A stretch of DNA of 64,000 nucleotides, from NCBI GenBank assembly GCA_964187785.1, contig OZ076409.1, forward strand, positions 68,016,001 to 68,080,000, in the 5' to 3' direction. The stretch's first letter is position 1; each line of letters opens with the position of its first letter. Origin of the DNA: Amphiscolops sp. MND2022. Its lineage: Eukaryota. Both the position numbers and the translations under genes were made by a program. The notes below the pieces were generated by a model. The model had not been told where the DNA came from. It made no database searches and was given only the letters and a program-made list of their open reading frames with translations. Below are positions 12,901-22,959 of this stretch, in pieces.

Positions 12901-15900
12901 TACACGGGCAGTGGCATCCTGTGCGAGGGTTCGTTTTTGAAATTCAGTCTTGATTGTTAAAACAATGCGTATAAAAATATTTAACAAGATGGGAACGTCT
13001 AATGTCTGCTCCCTGCTTAAAGCTCAAGAAGCACAGTCTCGTAGTGCTCAGGGTGGCTTTCAGGAAATTTTCATAACTTCCAGAGAGTTGAAAAATATCC
13101 AAATGCGTCCTCGAAAAACGCTTTCATCGTGAATAAATCATCAAAAAAACATTTTCTTCACACGACGAGCGCTCTAAACAGCTAGTGAGGTAGATATTAA
13201 TGATAACAGTGAGCAGTTATTATCTTAAAAAACAGGGTTGCTCTGTTTTAAAACGGGGTGTTTTTAAACGGTTTTAAAACAAGGCCATTTCTTAGTAATG
13301 TTTTAAAACAGTTGTGTGTATCATAGACAATTGTAAGTGCGCAACTTTGTTCAGGCTCAGGTACTTCTCGGCAACATTCCAGCACGATTAGGCCAACTTA
13401 TTGAAGAGTTTATTGCTATGGCGCCATCATCTGCTTGAAAGGCTGTTCTCGTCCATGGGATACGTGCATTCCGATATTCGGAATCGACTGGATCCGGAAA
13501 GAGTCCGGAAACGTGCATTTTGCATGAGATTGTTAAATAAAAAAAAAGTTCTTTTTCGGAATAAAGTTTTTCAATCTTCGAATGTGTTTTAAAACGGTTT
13601 TTAAACGTTTAAAACGTTTTAAACGTATAAAAAGACTTTTATACGTTTTTAAAGCAACCCTGTTAAAAAATATTCCCAAAGAAGTGGGTTAAAAAGGTGA
13701 TTATCACTCATGTCTTTTACTGAGTAGTAAATATATTTGTTCAAGATTTTAACCCATTGTGTTTTCATTTCTGGATCTTGGTTGTTTCGCAGAAAAAGGT
13801 TATCCCGAGAAATCTGCTTCGAGATTATGAAATGCATTTTATTTCGTCAAACCTACCTGAGTGATGAAGATACTTGATTGAAACGTTTTGGATGTTTTTC
13901 CAGTTGTAAAAATGTTTTCAAGCCCCGACTTGTCGATTTCGAAAATCAATGTCTTTCGTTTGTTCTAAAGTGGCTTGTTTTTGAGAAAGAACACCTGTAC
14001 GCTTTTGCGTGCAATAAAAATTCTCCAACGCGCACATGTAGATTGATTTTTTGTGCATTTGTTTTATTGATAGAACTCATCAAAATTTAACGAGATTCTC
14101 AATAAAAATTGACTGTAGGATGGCGTCAAATGTATTCCGTTTGGAAGAAGTAGTCTCATTTGGTTTTCTAAGTCACCATCAAATGAAGTTGAACATTGCT
14201 TGACATTGTTTGATTTTTGTGTGTCAGATTTAGACGAATGTTCAACTGACACTTCGGGTTGTGAGTACTCATGCTCCAACACTGTGGGCTCGTTTACCTG
14301 CGAGTGTCCCTCGAACCTTACTCTGGCCTCCAATGGGCTAGAATGTGTCTCACGTAAATGATTAACTATTCAATCACTTAGTAATAGTTATAACAATGCA
14401 ACCATGTATATTTTAGAGTCAATTCATATCACTTTGAAGTCGTGTAGAGAGATCATAGAAATAATAGTTCAAAAACCGTCTTCAGATGAAAATGATATAT
14501 ATATGTTTTATAGCTGTATGTTTTATTGACCCTAATCAAACGCTTCTATTTTTGCATTCTAACAAAAGAAAAATCAATGTTTCAACTATATACTGTATTG
14601 AAGATAACAATAGTAGTTCGTCCAGGAGTTGAAAGTTGATTTTCATAACACAAATTCATCTATAGCTTGCTAGAATTCTTCACATTGGCCTTTCGTGGCC
14701 CCATATGCGCTCCGAAATAACCGTTCAGCCTAGCTGGTGTGTGAAAATATCAATCTCATCGTTGGCACAAAATTCAAGCTAAAAAATGTTTTTACGTCAA
14801 TCGATGTCTTTGTCTAATCATACGTTTAAGTTTATCCGTTTTAAGTACAGAGCGTTCATGGCAATAGCGCTGTTTCACACTCCATGTCAATCCCTTTTTC
14901 TTCGAGTCTCCCCTTCTCTGAAAAATTCTACGCATGTATTATTGCGCTTAAAAGGCCATTCAATCGAACCCGATCATGTATAGCATCGTATATTTCAAAT
15001 TTATTCACAATTGCCACTCATTGGTATTTGACGCATCCTTCATTCTACTGTATTTACGACCGTTCTCTGATTAGGTGTCCATATTGTGACCACGTCGATG
15101 ATCATTTGACCATGAAGCATTGTTTAAGCAATAAATTTTATCGCTCCTTGAAAATGCAAGCTTCGATCTTTGAAGGAGCGTTTGCCACGTCATTTTAAAA
15201 GAATGGACACGTCATTTTACTGCATAAGCGTTTAGTTTCTCTTCCAATTGGATGTTTTTGTTTCCATATTCACATGTTTTTGTTCATCAAAGCATGAAAA
15301 AAATATCGTCGCTCTCATAGATGAACAAAAGCTTTTGCCGTGAATACAAAAACTCAATTATTACTCCTTGGATCAATGAATAGGTTCTTTATTCGATTGA
15401 GCATGTCTAATCTTTTTTCCAAACATTACCTCATCTCAAAAAGGACAGCCTCATTTGAAGAACTCAAAATTTAGCGAATCAATATTCATGGCTCAAAAAA
15501 TCATGTACAAACGATGTTTAGTTCCAACTTGAAATGTATTAGCCAAGCTAAGTGATGTTTTCAATTGAGGAGTTCAGTTCCGTGAGAACAACTGAAGTTG
15601 ACACGAAAATTTAAGTTTTTGTCTCCCATTAAAAAGGAGCGATGAACAAGTTTGACTATAGTAATGGACTATATACGTAGCATGATCAAATATCATTTCA
15701 TCAATATTAGAATTTAATTTCATCAGACTCAAATACCATATATGTACTTCTAATAATGTAGATTTGATTCTAATTACAATTGATCTTTCATTTGTTTTCT
15801 AAACTAACTGTTTGAATTTTTTTGTTTCAGCCGTGAGGCCGCCAGATATGATGAAACACGCTGGCACTGAGCAAATGAGGCCTTTCTGGACAGTAGCTTT

Positions 15901-15943
15901 TCACACTTTCGTTATCCTCCTCGTCATCCCTCTCCAATTGTAG
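987..15943 (+). CDS. Multi calcium-binding EGF-domain extracellular protein, 3' portion, with hydrophobic (GPI-signal-like) C-terminus
   Basis: Phase 1-1 GT-AG exons 987-1109, 3368-3496, 4094-4219, 10631-10735, 11273-11398, 12809-12928 and 14228-14353 each encode one EGF (DIDEC..C..NT.GS..C.C; 10631-10735 is a non-Ca EGF). Terminal exon 15831-15943 reads [37 protein letters not shown]. All junctions keep frame. The 5' end lies upstream of the window. Confidence 0.85.
1400..1935 (+). mobile_element. Family A non-autonomous element (Helentron/DINE-1-like)
   Basis: TTATTATTTCTGC at the 5' end, GCAGAAATAA..CCCGCAGGGGCC at the 3' end. Homologous to 378-858. Confidence 0.7.
2380..3071 (+). pseudogene. 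Degenerate, internally deleted hAT transposase remnant
   Basis: Frameshifted peptides [35 protein letters not shown] and [21 protein letters not shown] align by eye with the transposase at 27754-29256. Possible right TIR ending CCCTG at 3071. Confidence 0.75.
4273..4368. mobile_element. Small pogo/Tigger-type MITE
   Basis: 21-bp TIR CCGTAATG(T/C)CCGGCGTATAAG at both ends, TA on the left flank. Confidence 0.65.
6279..9654 (+). CDS. MORN1: MORN repeat-containing protein 1-like, nested in an intron of the EGF gene
   Basis: Exons 6279-6358, 6468-6913, 7163-7475, 7693-7979, 8228-8791, 9308-9654. Tandem MORN repeats ([48 protein letters not shown]) plus a C-terminal [23 protein letters not shown] segment resembling the MORN1 C-terminus. 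Intron 4 needs a GA donor. AATAAA at 10005. Confidence 0.8.
11526..12050 (+). mobile_element. Family A non-autonomous element (Helentron/DINE-1-like)
   Basis: Full-length copy with the same sub-TIRs and a GCCCCGCAGGGGC hairpin before TATTTT. Confidence 0.7.
12256..12543. mobile_element. MITE with ~40-bp terminal inverted repeats
   Basis: CGTTTCCTTGTTCAGTGAAGCATATCAGATATTAA is mirrored by TTAACATCTGATATGCTTCACCGAACACGGAAACG. Confidence 0.6.
13233..13662 (+). mobile_element. Non-autonomous hAT deletion derivative
   Basis: TIR CAGGGTTGCT / AGCAACCCTG, 8-bp TSD TTAAAAAA. Retains an hAT dimerisation-like peptide [18 protein letters not shown]. Confidence 0.85.
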
Positions 15944-16938
15944 TGATACGGCTTCAATGGACATATCTATTGCCACCATAGCATCATGCTCCTGAATGAT
16001 GAAAAACCGTGATTTCGTCCACACGCTGATCGCGGCCAATCCAAACTTTCATTGGCCCATGCGAGTTGTTGCTGAATATAACAAGAATTTTGCTCAGATA
16101 GCTTCCTATCTTATTAGTGCATCAGATGCATCTTCAAATGAGAAGATCAAGGGGGAGGGGTATTAAATGAATACATGCCAGATTCCATCAAATCATAATT
16201 TTGAGCTACTTGTTACTAATCGATTTCAATCCTAGATGTCAAATCCCTAATTTTCTTCATTTTTTTCGATACTCAGTGTCGAAATGTGTTATGTTGCGGT
16301 CTTTTTGACTACTGTGACTCTATCACGTGAATTTATAGCGGCCCTGGATAGATTTCATTGGTCATGTTTTAGCTGGCAGGTCATTTTACGATAGATTACA
16401 TAGAATAATTTGTGTTATTCACTGCTTCACCCCTTGTTTGACTATGTGATTGAATACAATCGTAATTTATTTTTCCACTTTAAATCTGTTTCAGTTCTTG
16501 TTTGCTTGTCTAATTTGATTTCAAGTCCAAGCTCCCAAGTTACAATCTATTAAGTTGTCAAATTCTGAAATATTACGTTATAGAAGTATTATATTTTACG
16601 AATATAATTAACCTCAATTGGCTCAGTATAATTATCAATTGGCACAGCGTGAACATGTGACTGCTGTGAATGAAGTATTAATTTTTCAAGAGATCAGGTG
16701 AATCGTTTTTTAAAAAGTCACATGAGGTCTTCATAACTACAGTAGAGATTCTAAAATATCGCAACTCCATTGCCTAAAATCGCAAAACTCACACCAGATA
16801 TCTCGTAAACTGACACAACTACAAAATTTTGTCAGCTACAAAAATTCCTCAGAATTTAATCTAGTTTTTGAAAATGTTTGAAAGTTCTGCAAGAAACGTA
16901 CACGTACAAAAGTTAGAAATTGTGAATTTTGACAACTA

Positions 16939-18658
16939 CACTATGGTAGCAAAAAGCTACGTACAGCTGAAAATTAAATCTCAGTCAGTTTGTGAAGAAC
17001 TTTTCATTTTCATTCTCAACCGGAAGTGAAATCAATCACTCTTGGATTAAACATTGTTGAAAATGGTCAAACCTTTGGATTCATACGTTGTTTGCAAAAT
17101 CGTTACACTTCGCGAAATGGGTTTATCATACAAAGGATTTAAAGAAAAGTTGGGTCTTAAATCTCGATCGACAGCTCAAACAGCTTATCAGCGTTTTTTG
17201 AGAACGAACTCTTATGTGGCGAAAAAACCTCCAGGCCGGCCAGAAAAGCTCAGCGAAAAAGAGCAAAGACTAATAGTTTGAAGAGTGGAAAAAGACCCAA
17301 AAACAACATTAGAACGAGAAAGAGTACTGCAAAACTCTTTTTCAACGTCAAAGACAGTTTCTAAATGCACTATTCGAAGAATCCTGAAGAAGTACGGAAT
17401 TGTTTCTAGAAAAGCCGCAAAAAAGTTTAACTTGAACAAAAAACAAAGGCTGGTCAGAAAACGCTGGTGCTCGAGAATGTTGAAAAAGCCCCTTGGTTTT
17501 TATCCAGCGTCAATTTTCACCGAAAATGGGAAAAAGTTATGGAATTTTTTGAAAGAAAAAATATTTGAGAAAATTCTCAAAATGCCGAAAAAACCAAAAC
17601 GAAATAAAATATTTTATCAAATCAATCACTTTGGTAGAGTGAACTAATAGCGCTTTTGATGGTGCTGTCAATGATACAAGACGAGAACATCTAAAGTCGG
17701 CGCTAAACCTAAGGCTCAAAAAGCGCAAAGTGTAGAAACTCTGCTCAGAACTTTTATGAAAAGACAAAAAACCTCAAAACACCAAAATATCATAAAGTTT
17801 GAAAGGGGACCCTTTAGTCTCGTTCGGTTTCGTATGTTGCGTTAAAAAAGAGAAAATGAGAGGGGGGACCTTCTGCACTACCTTAGATGCATATTCGCTG
17901 GCCAGATTTGGGTGTTATTGTAAGCTTGAAGAAGGTTGTTTTTGTTTCACTCGAACTTTTGCATTTTTGTTCTGAAATTCGGCTGGATGGAAACTAGGCT
18001 TCTGGGAAAACGTCGTATTCTCAGACGAAACCCGTGTGCGCTTGAATAGTGATGGCGTTGTGCGGGTGTTCAGGAAAACTGGTCGTCGCTTTTGCCCGAA
18101 AAACACACAGGGAATACGCACAGACAAAAGATCGATGATGTTTTGGGGGGCCATCAGATCAGATGGTAGAAAAATGCTAATTAAATGTCCCGCAACACTC
18201 AACAGTTACGGATATTTGGAGATTTTAAAGCAATACGATCGACATTTGAATATAACGGATTTGGTGTTCCAGCAAGACAACGCCCCAGTACACAAAAGTG
18301 AAGTTGTTCGCAATTTTCTGGCCCAAGAGCAATGGGTGGTGCTGGATTGGCCAGCTTACAGTCCTGACCTGAATCCTATTGAAAATATTTGGGCTATTTT
18401 TTAAAAAAGCTTGCGAGGTCAGATTGTTACCTGGGAGAATTTAGAAGAAAAGGTTATGGAAGTGTGGAACAACATAAACCCTGATGTTGTTCGCAACTTG
18501 TACTCATCGTATGAGAATCGTCTGGTGAAGGTAATCAAAAACCATGGTAGTTTGACGGGATATTGATTTATTATTTGTTTCAACAGTTGTTTCAAATTTT
18601 ACTGTTCTGAGTTTTTTTTAAAAAATGTTGGTGTACGTAGCTTTTTGATACCATAGTG
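16939..18658 (+). mobile_element. Tc1/mariner DD34E transposon, disrupted
   Basis: 27-bp TIR CACTATGGTAGCAAAAAGCTACGTACA (1 mismatch), TA TSD. Transposase about 17063-18566 with FSDE, QQDNAPVH and SPDLNPIE (34 aa between D and E). In-frame stop at 17279, a ~500 bp insertion and a frameshift near 18400. Confidence 0.92.
17489..17998. mobile_element. Insertion interrupting the Tc1 transposase
   Basis: Splits ..MLKK / FWENVVFSDE. Imperfect terminal IR (TTTTATCCAGC / GCTGGATGGAAA). Contains family B-like sequence. Ends are approximate. Confidence 0.6.
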
Positions 18659-19498
18659 TATTTCAAATTTGCACCTTTCCTGTTTTCGAGTTGAAAAAAA
18701 AATCATTTAAAAAAGCTTTTAGCCAACTAATTGCCCTCGAATCTCCCAAGGACGCTGAGATAATTTGATTGAAAAACTTTTTCGATTTCAAATAAAAATC
18801 TTCAATTTTCTCAGTACAATTTTCTTATATCCTTTATTAATACATATATTGCAGTACTTATAGACACAAAATAGAGTATATTTTTTCTGCTTCAGAACAA
18901 AGACAATTTAGTTGTTCGGAAAATTATGAGGAATCTCCTAATAAATAAAATTTCCAAAAGTTCCTATATTAAGACACTCAAGTTTCGAAAAAATTACAAT
19001 TTCTCAATATAGGTCAGAGAATTTTCGAACGAACGTTTTTGTAAACTAGGTGAAATTCGAAGAAATTTTTGCAGCTGGCGATTTTTGTATTTTTGGCAGT
19101 TTTCAGGATATTTGGATTTGATAGGTATTTTAAGCAATGGAGTTGCGATATTTCAGAACGCTACTGTATACAGTAGTGATATTTTTAAAAGCAACAAAAG
19201 GCAAATCTCAAAATCGAATATCTCTAAAACAACAGCGATTTTTGAAAAGTGATAAAGGTGAAAGTTTCTTGGATTTTTATCTAGTTTACAAATATGTTTA
19301 TTTGGAGGTTATGCGATGAAAATTGTAGAAGTTAGGATAGGCCATTTTAAACCGAATTTAGGTCAAAATTGAGATTTTTCTCACTTTTAGTCAAATTTTC
19401 TTGAAATTTTGGAAGTTTTATGTGCAATCGACTCCCCTGATTTAACAAGCCCCTGATATGTTTTGATTTAGAAATGATCCTAAAATGGTAGGAAAAAT

Positions 19499-19836
19499 GG
19501 TGTTCGGACATTACGCCCAAGGACATTACGCCCAAAGCGGACATTACGCCCAAATGTAAATTACGCACAAAGAAATTACGATAATGTAATCAGCTATGCT
19601 CACATACCCCTAGTGCCCTAAATGCAGGAGCGAAGCGGAGCGACGTGCCAATATGGCCATGCCTCAATGTTGCTACTTGGCGAAGGGAGCGAAGCGACCG
19701 AGCCATACAACAAACATGCTAACCTCTTCAAATAATAACCTGAAAAAAATCGCTGCTATTCTCTTTGAATAGCTTAATTTCCTTGGGCGTACTTTCCGTT
19801 TGGGCGTAATTTCCTTGGGCGTAATGTCCTAGAACC
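19499..19836. mobile_element. Mutator-like (MULE) MITE
   Basis: TIRs built from repeated GGACATTACGCCCAA units, perfect 9-bp TSD AGGAAAAAT. Confidence 0.85.
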
Positions 19837-21640
19837 AGGAAAAATACGCTGTAAAATTAGACTTTTTCAAAAATACATGTATTAAGATATGATTTTGAAC
19901 TTAATCAACTTAAAACAAGCTCATACTAATACAATTTAGAATATTTTCGAGAAAAAAATATATTGTCAGATTCGAAATGTTTGAGAGAATTTTTCTGTCT
20001 AAATTATTTTGAAATCAAAAAATTGTAAGTGGGTCAAAAATTCAAAAAAACTAAAAAATGATGTTTTGGAAATCGCTCTCGACCAATGAAATGAGCGCGT
20101 GAGACCTTGATCAGCCAATGATATTTGTTTATTTGCTTCTTCTAGAATCACTAATGTATGCCCAAACTGCGAAATATTGGCTCGCTCTTCAATGTTTCAA
20201 ATTCGTGACCTTTAAGGGTCATTTTATCTTGGAATAGAACTGCTAGTTTCGTATTTCAAGTCTAATTGGGAACGATTGAAGTTACTATAAAAAGGAAGAA
20301 GATATAAATTTCATTAAAAGGCGAAGAAGTAAAGGCGGAAAGTGTTTACCATGAAAAGTCAGTGCTTTGTTGCTTCTTCTAGAATCACTACTGTACATCC
20401 TGTGTAGTCTGTTAATTGACCATTAGAGCTCACTCGGAAATTATTTTACTATCGGAGAAGTATGGGGCATACTTCTTCATGAGCAGTAATATGATGCAGG
20501 TTGATGTACGTGCATGCAACGTGGTAGGTGGTATACATTCATTTGTGAAAAATGAACGGGACATGAAGTCAAATGATTTGTTTTCAAGTGCATAAAAACT
20601 TAAAAAGCACCGAAAATTGTTGAAATGAGCCACAGTATAGTTTCTTTGAAATGTTTGTTCGGATATTCACACCAGAAAAACACAAATTCTGAATTTTTGT
20701 TTGACATGTGATATTAAATTTTGTTTTGACGCCTCATTGTTTACATTTAAAGTGTTTCAATTTCGGGGAGTTACTTCTCTACTTAATATCAATACATGTA
20801 GAAAAGCGCATGTATATTTTCTATAGAGCAAGCAAAAGACTACAATCCTTACAATTTTTTTTAGAAAATTAACAATTTAGAGCTATAAAAAGTTTTGATC
20901 TGAAAGCTAACCCTCTCTTGATATATTTGAGAATATCTATTTGGAACTTAGTCATAATTGCTCACAGAAACTTCTAGCAACGCTTTTTCAAAATTACATG
21001 AAATTCTAAGAAGTTCTGAATTGTTTTTGAGCAACTTGAACAAGAATATTTCTCATCTCTTTTTAGTCAGCGCTTTTTCTTGGAAAACGCAGGCTATAGT
21101 AGTGGCTTTTTCAAAACCATTCGAAATGACGGATTCAATAAATTTTTCTATCTTTTTTTTCGTTATTTTTCCGAATCACTTGGTCTACTGTGTAGGAGTG
21201 TGTAGAATTCGTGTGTGTAGTGAGTTCGAATCTTGGAATGGACGACGAATTTTTAGGAAAATTACCAGATTGCACGAAACCAAAGGGTGACTTTTTTCGA
21301 TTTTTTAAGAGAAATTTTTCGCTTTCTGTTTTCGGTTTGGAAAAGCGTTTTGTGAGTCTAATTGTCCCCTTCGTGTTTTTCGGCCTTATATGACTTCTTC
21401 GGAATTTTTTCTCGCAAATTTACCATTGGATGTTTTCAATTCGGGAAGGGGCGGTTTTCGGGTCTGAAGTGTGATCCTTCGAGTCTTTCCCACTGTACGA
21501 TTGATGAGAATTTGACGGTAGTTTTCCTTTTGCATATTGAAAGGACTGGATTATTGAAACTGGTGAGGCCTAGTTTTGTCTGGTGTTTACCCTCAATGCG
21601 TAATTTTGACGCATGAGTCTCCAAAGGAGTGAGTCCAAAT

Positions 21641-22105
21641 GAATAATATAGAAATCTGAAATATGTAACTTTTTTCAGTCCGACTTGTATTTGGAATCCG
21701 AGTACCTACTGAAAAATTCAGATATTTTGTTCGGCAGTGAGTATAAGCGTGAGATTTAAATTACTCAAGCTGCCGACAACAATTCGATACTCGTGCGATG
21801 GAACGAGCGAGTGGTAATTATGCATACGTACGCCGAATTCATTGAGATGAAGCGAGCGAATGTTCGTCATTATGCTTTGGTACGCTGAGTTATTGAGATG
21901 AAGCGAACGAGTGTTAATGATTCGTTAGCCGAGAGCTTCGCCTGCATTGAAATGCGATGCGAAACTTCGTCTACGCTTAACAGTTATATTTTCTTTAGTC
22001 CGAGAAGAATTAAAGGCGGTGTAAACTGGTACAGTGATTAACTCTGCGCTATATAAATGAGTAAGATATGCAGAAATAATTTTGTGCCCCGCAGGGGCCT
22101 ATTTT
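21641..22105 (+). mobile_element. Family A non-autonomous element, 5'-truncated
   Basis: Homologous to 1400-1935. Ends GCAGAAATAAT..GCCCCGCAGGGGCCTATTTT. Confidence 0.7.
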
Positions 22106-22959
22106 CTCCAATAATGTTTCATCTGGATTTTTCAATATTATTCAAGATTTGGATGCTTTGCATTCAGATTCAAGATGTGGATTTAGGGTTTGCAATTGCT
22201 TTGCAGAAATCAAAAATGAAAATTCTGGAATTTCACGTATACAGTGCAAGCTCGTTATCTGCAAATCGAAGAAATGGAAATTTTGGAATTCCTGGGCTTG
22301 CCGAGCGTGATTTTACCTACTAAATTTTTTGTTGGCGCTTTCATTAGAAAAATGTTCCATTTTTTCAACATTAACACTGTTATTTGATTTTTTGCTTCTA
22401 TTTCTAGTGAAATGAAATACTCCGTTTTCCATTTTTTTCCAATTTTTTTCATTGAAATTTTCGACGTTGAAAATTTGATGATGATAATTGCATCTCAAGA
22501 ACAGACCGTTTTTTAAGAAAAATTGCCTTTTTGGTATTTTGATGTCCTTTTGTTGCTGATAAATCCGCTTTCAGTTGTATAAAGTATGATTGTCTTACGG
22601 ATAAAATCACTGTCGAGGATAGAAGCAAGATGCTACTTGTAATGTCAGTTAGTGTTTTATGCCGCTCTTCTATAAGGAGTGCATCGAGTCCTTCGGCTAT
22701 ATTATTTCATATATGATGCCATATCGACCTGCCATAAGCAGTCTTCATATTCGCATTAGTGTATACCCCGCAGTTACTATTAAGATTCGCAGTTTTGTTC
22801 AGAGTTTGGGTCCTACTGAAACTCGGCGACAATTGAGAGGGGATTCAAATTGCAGTTGGCTTAAAATTTTTCCGGTTTGATATATTTTTCTAATAGAAAC
22901 TGTAGTGTACTTTTACACAATTTTAGTGATGTAACTTTTGATTTTCAGGTAGTTCATGC

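Larger units (their letters stand above)
16740..19166. mobile_element. TA-targeting TIR element (host of a nested Tc1)
   Basis: ~40-bp TIR CAGTAG..AAATATCGCAACTCCATTGC.TAAAAT at both ends, flanked by TA. Confidence 0.75.

Noticed and set aside
19499..19560. Short regularly repeated GGACATTACGCCCAA units
   Set aside because: Not CRISPR-like (no unique spacers); these are the MULE terminal repeats.
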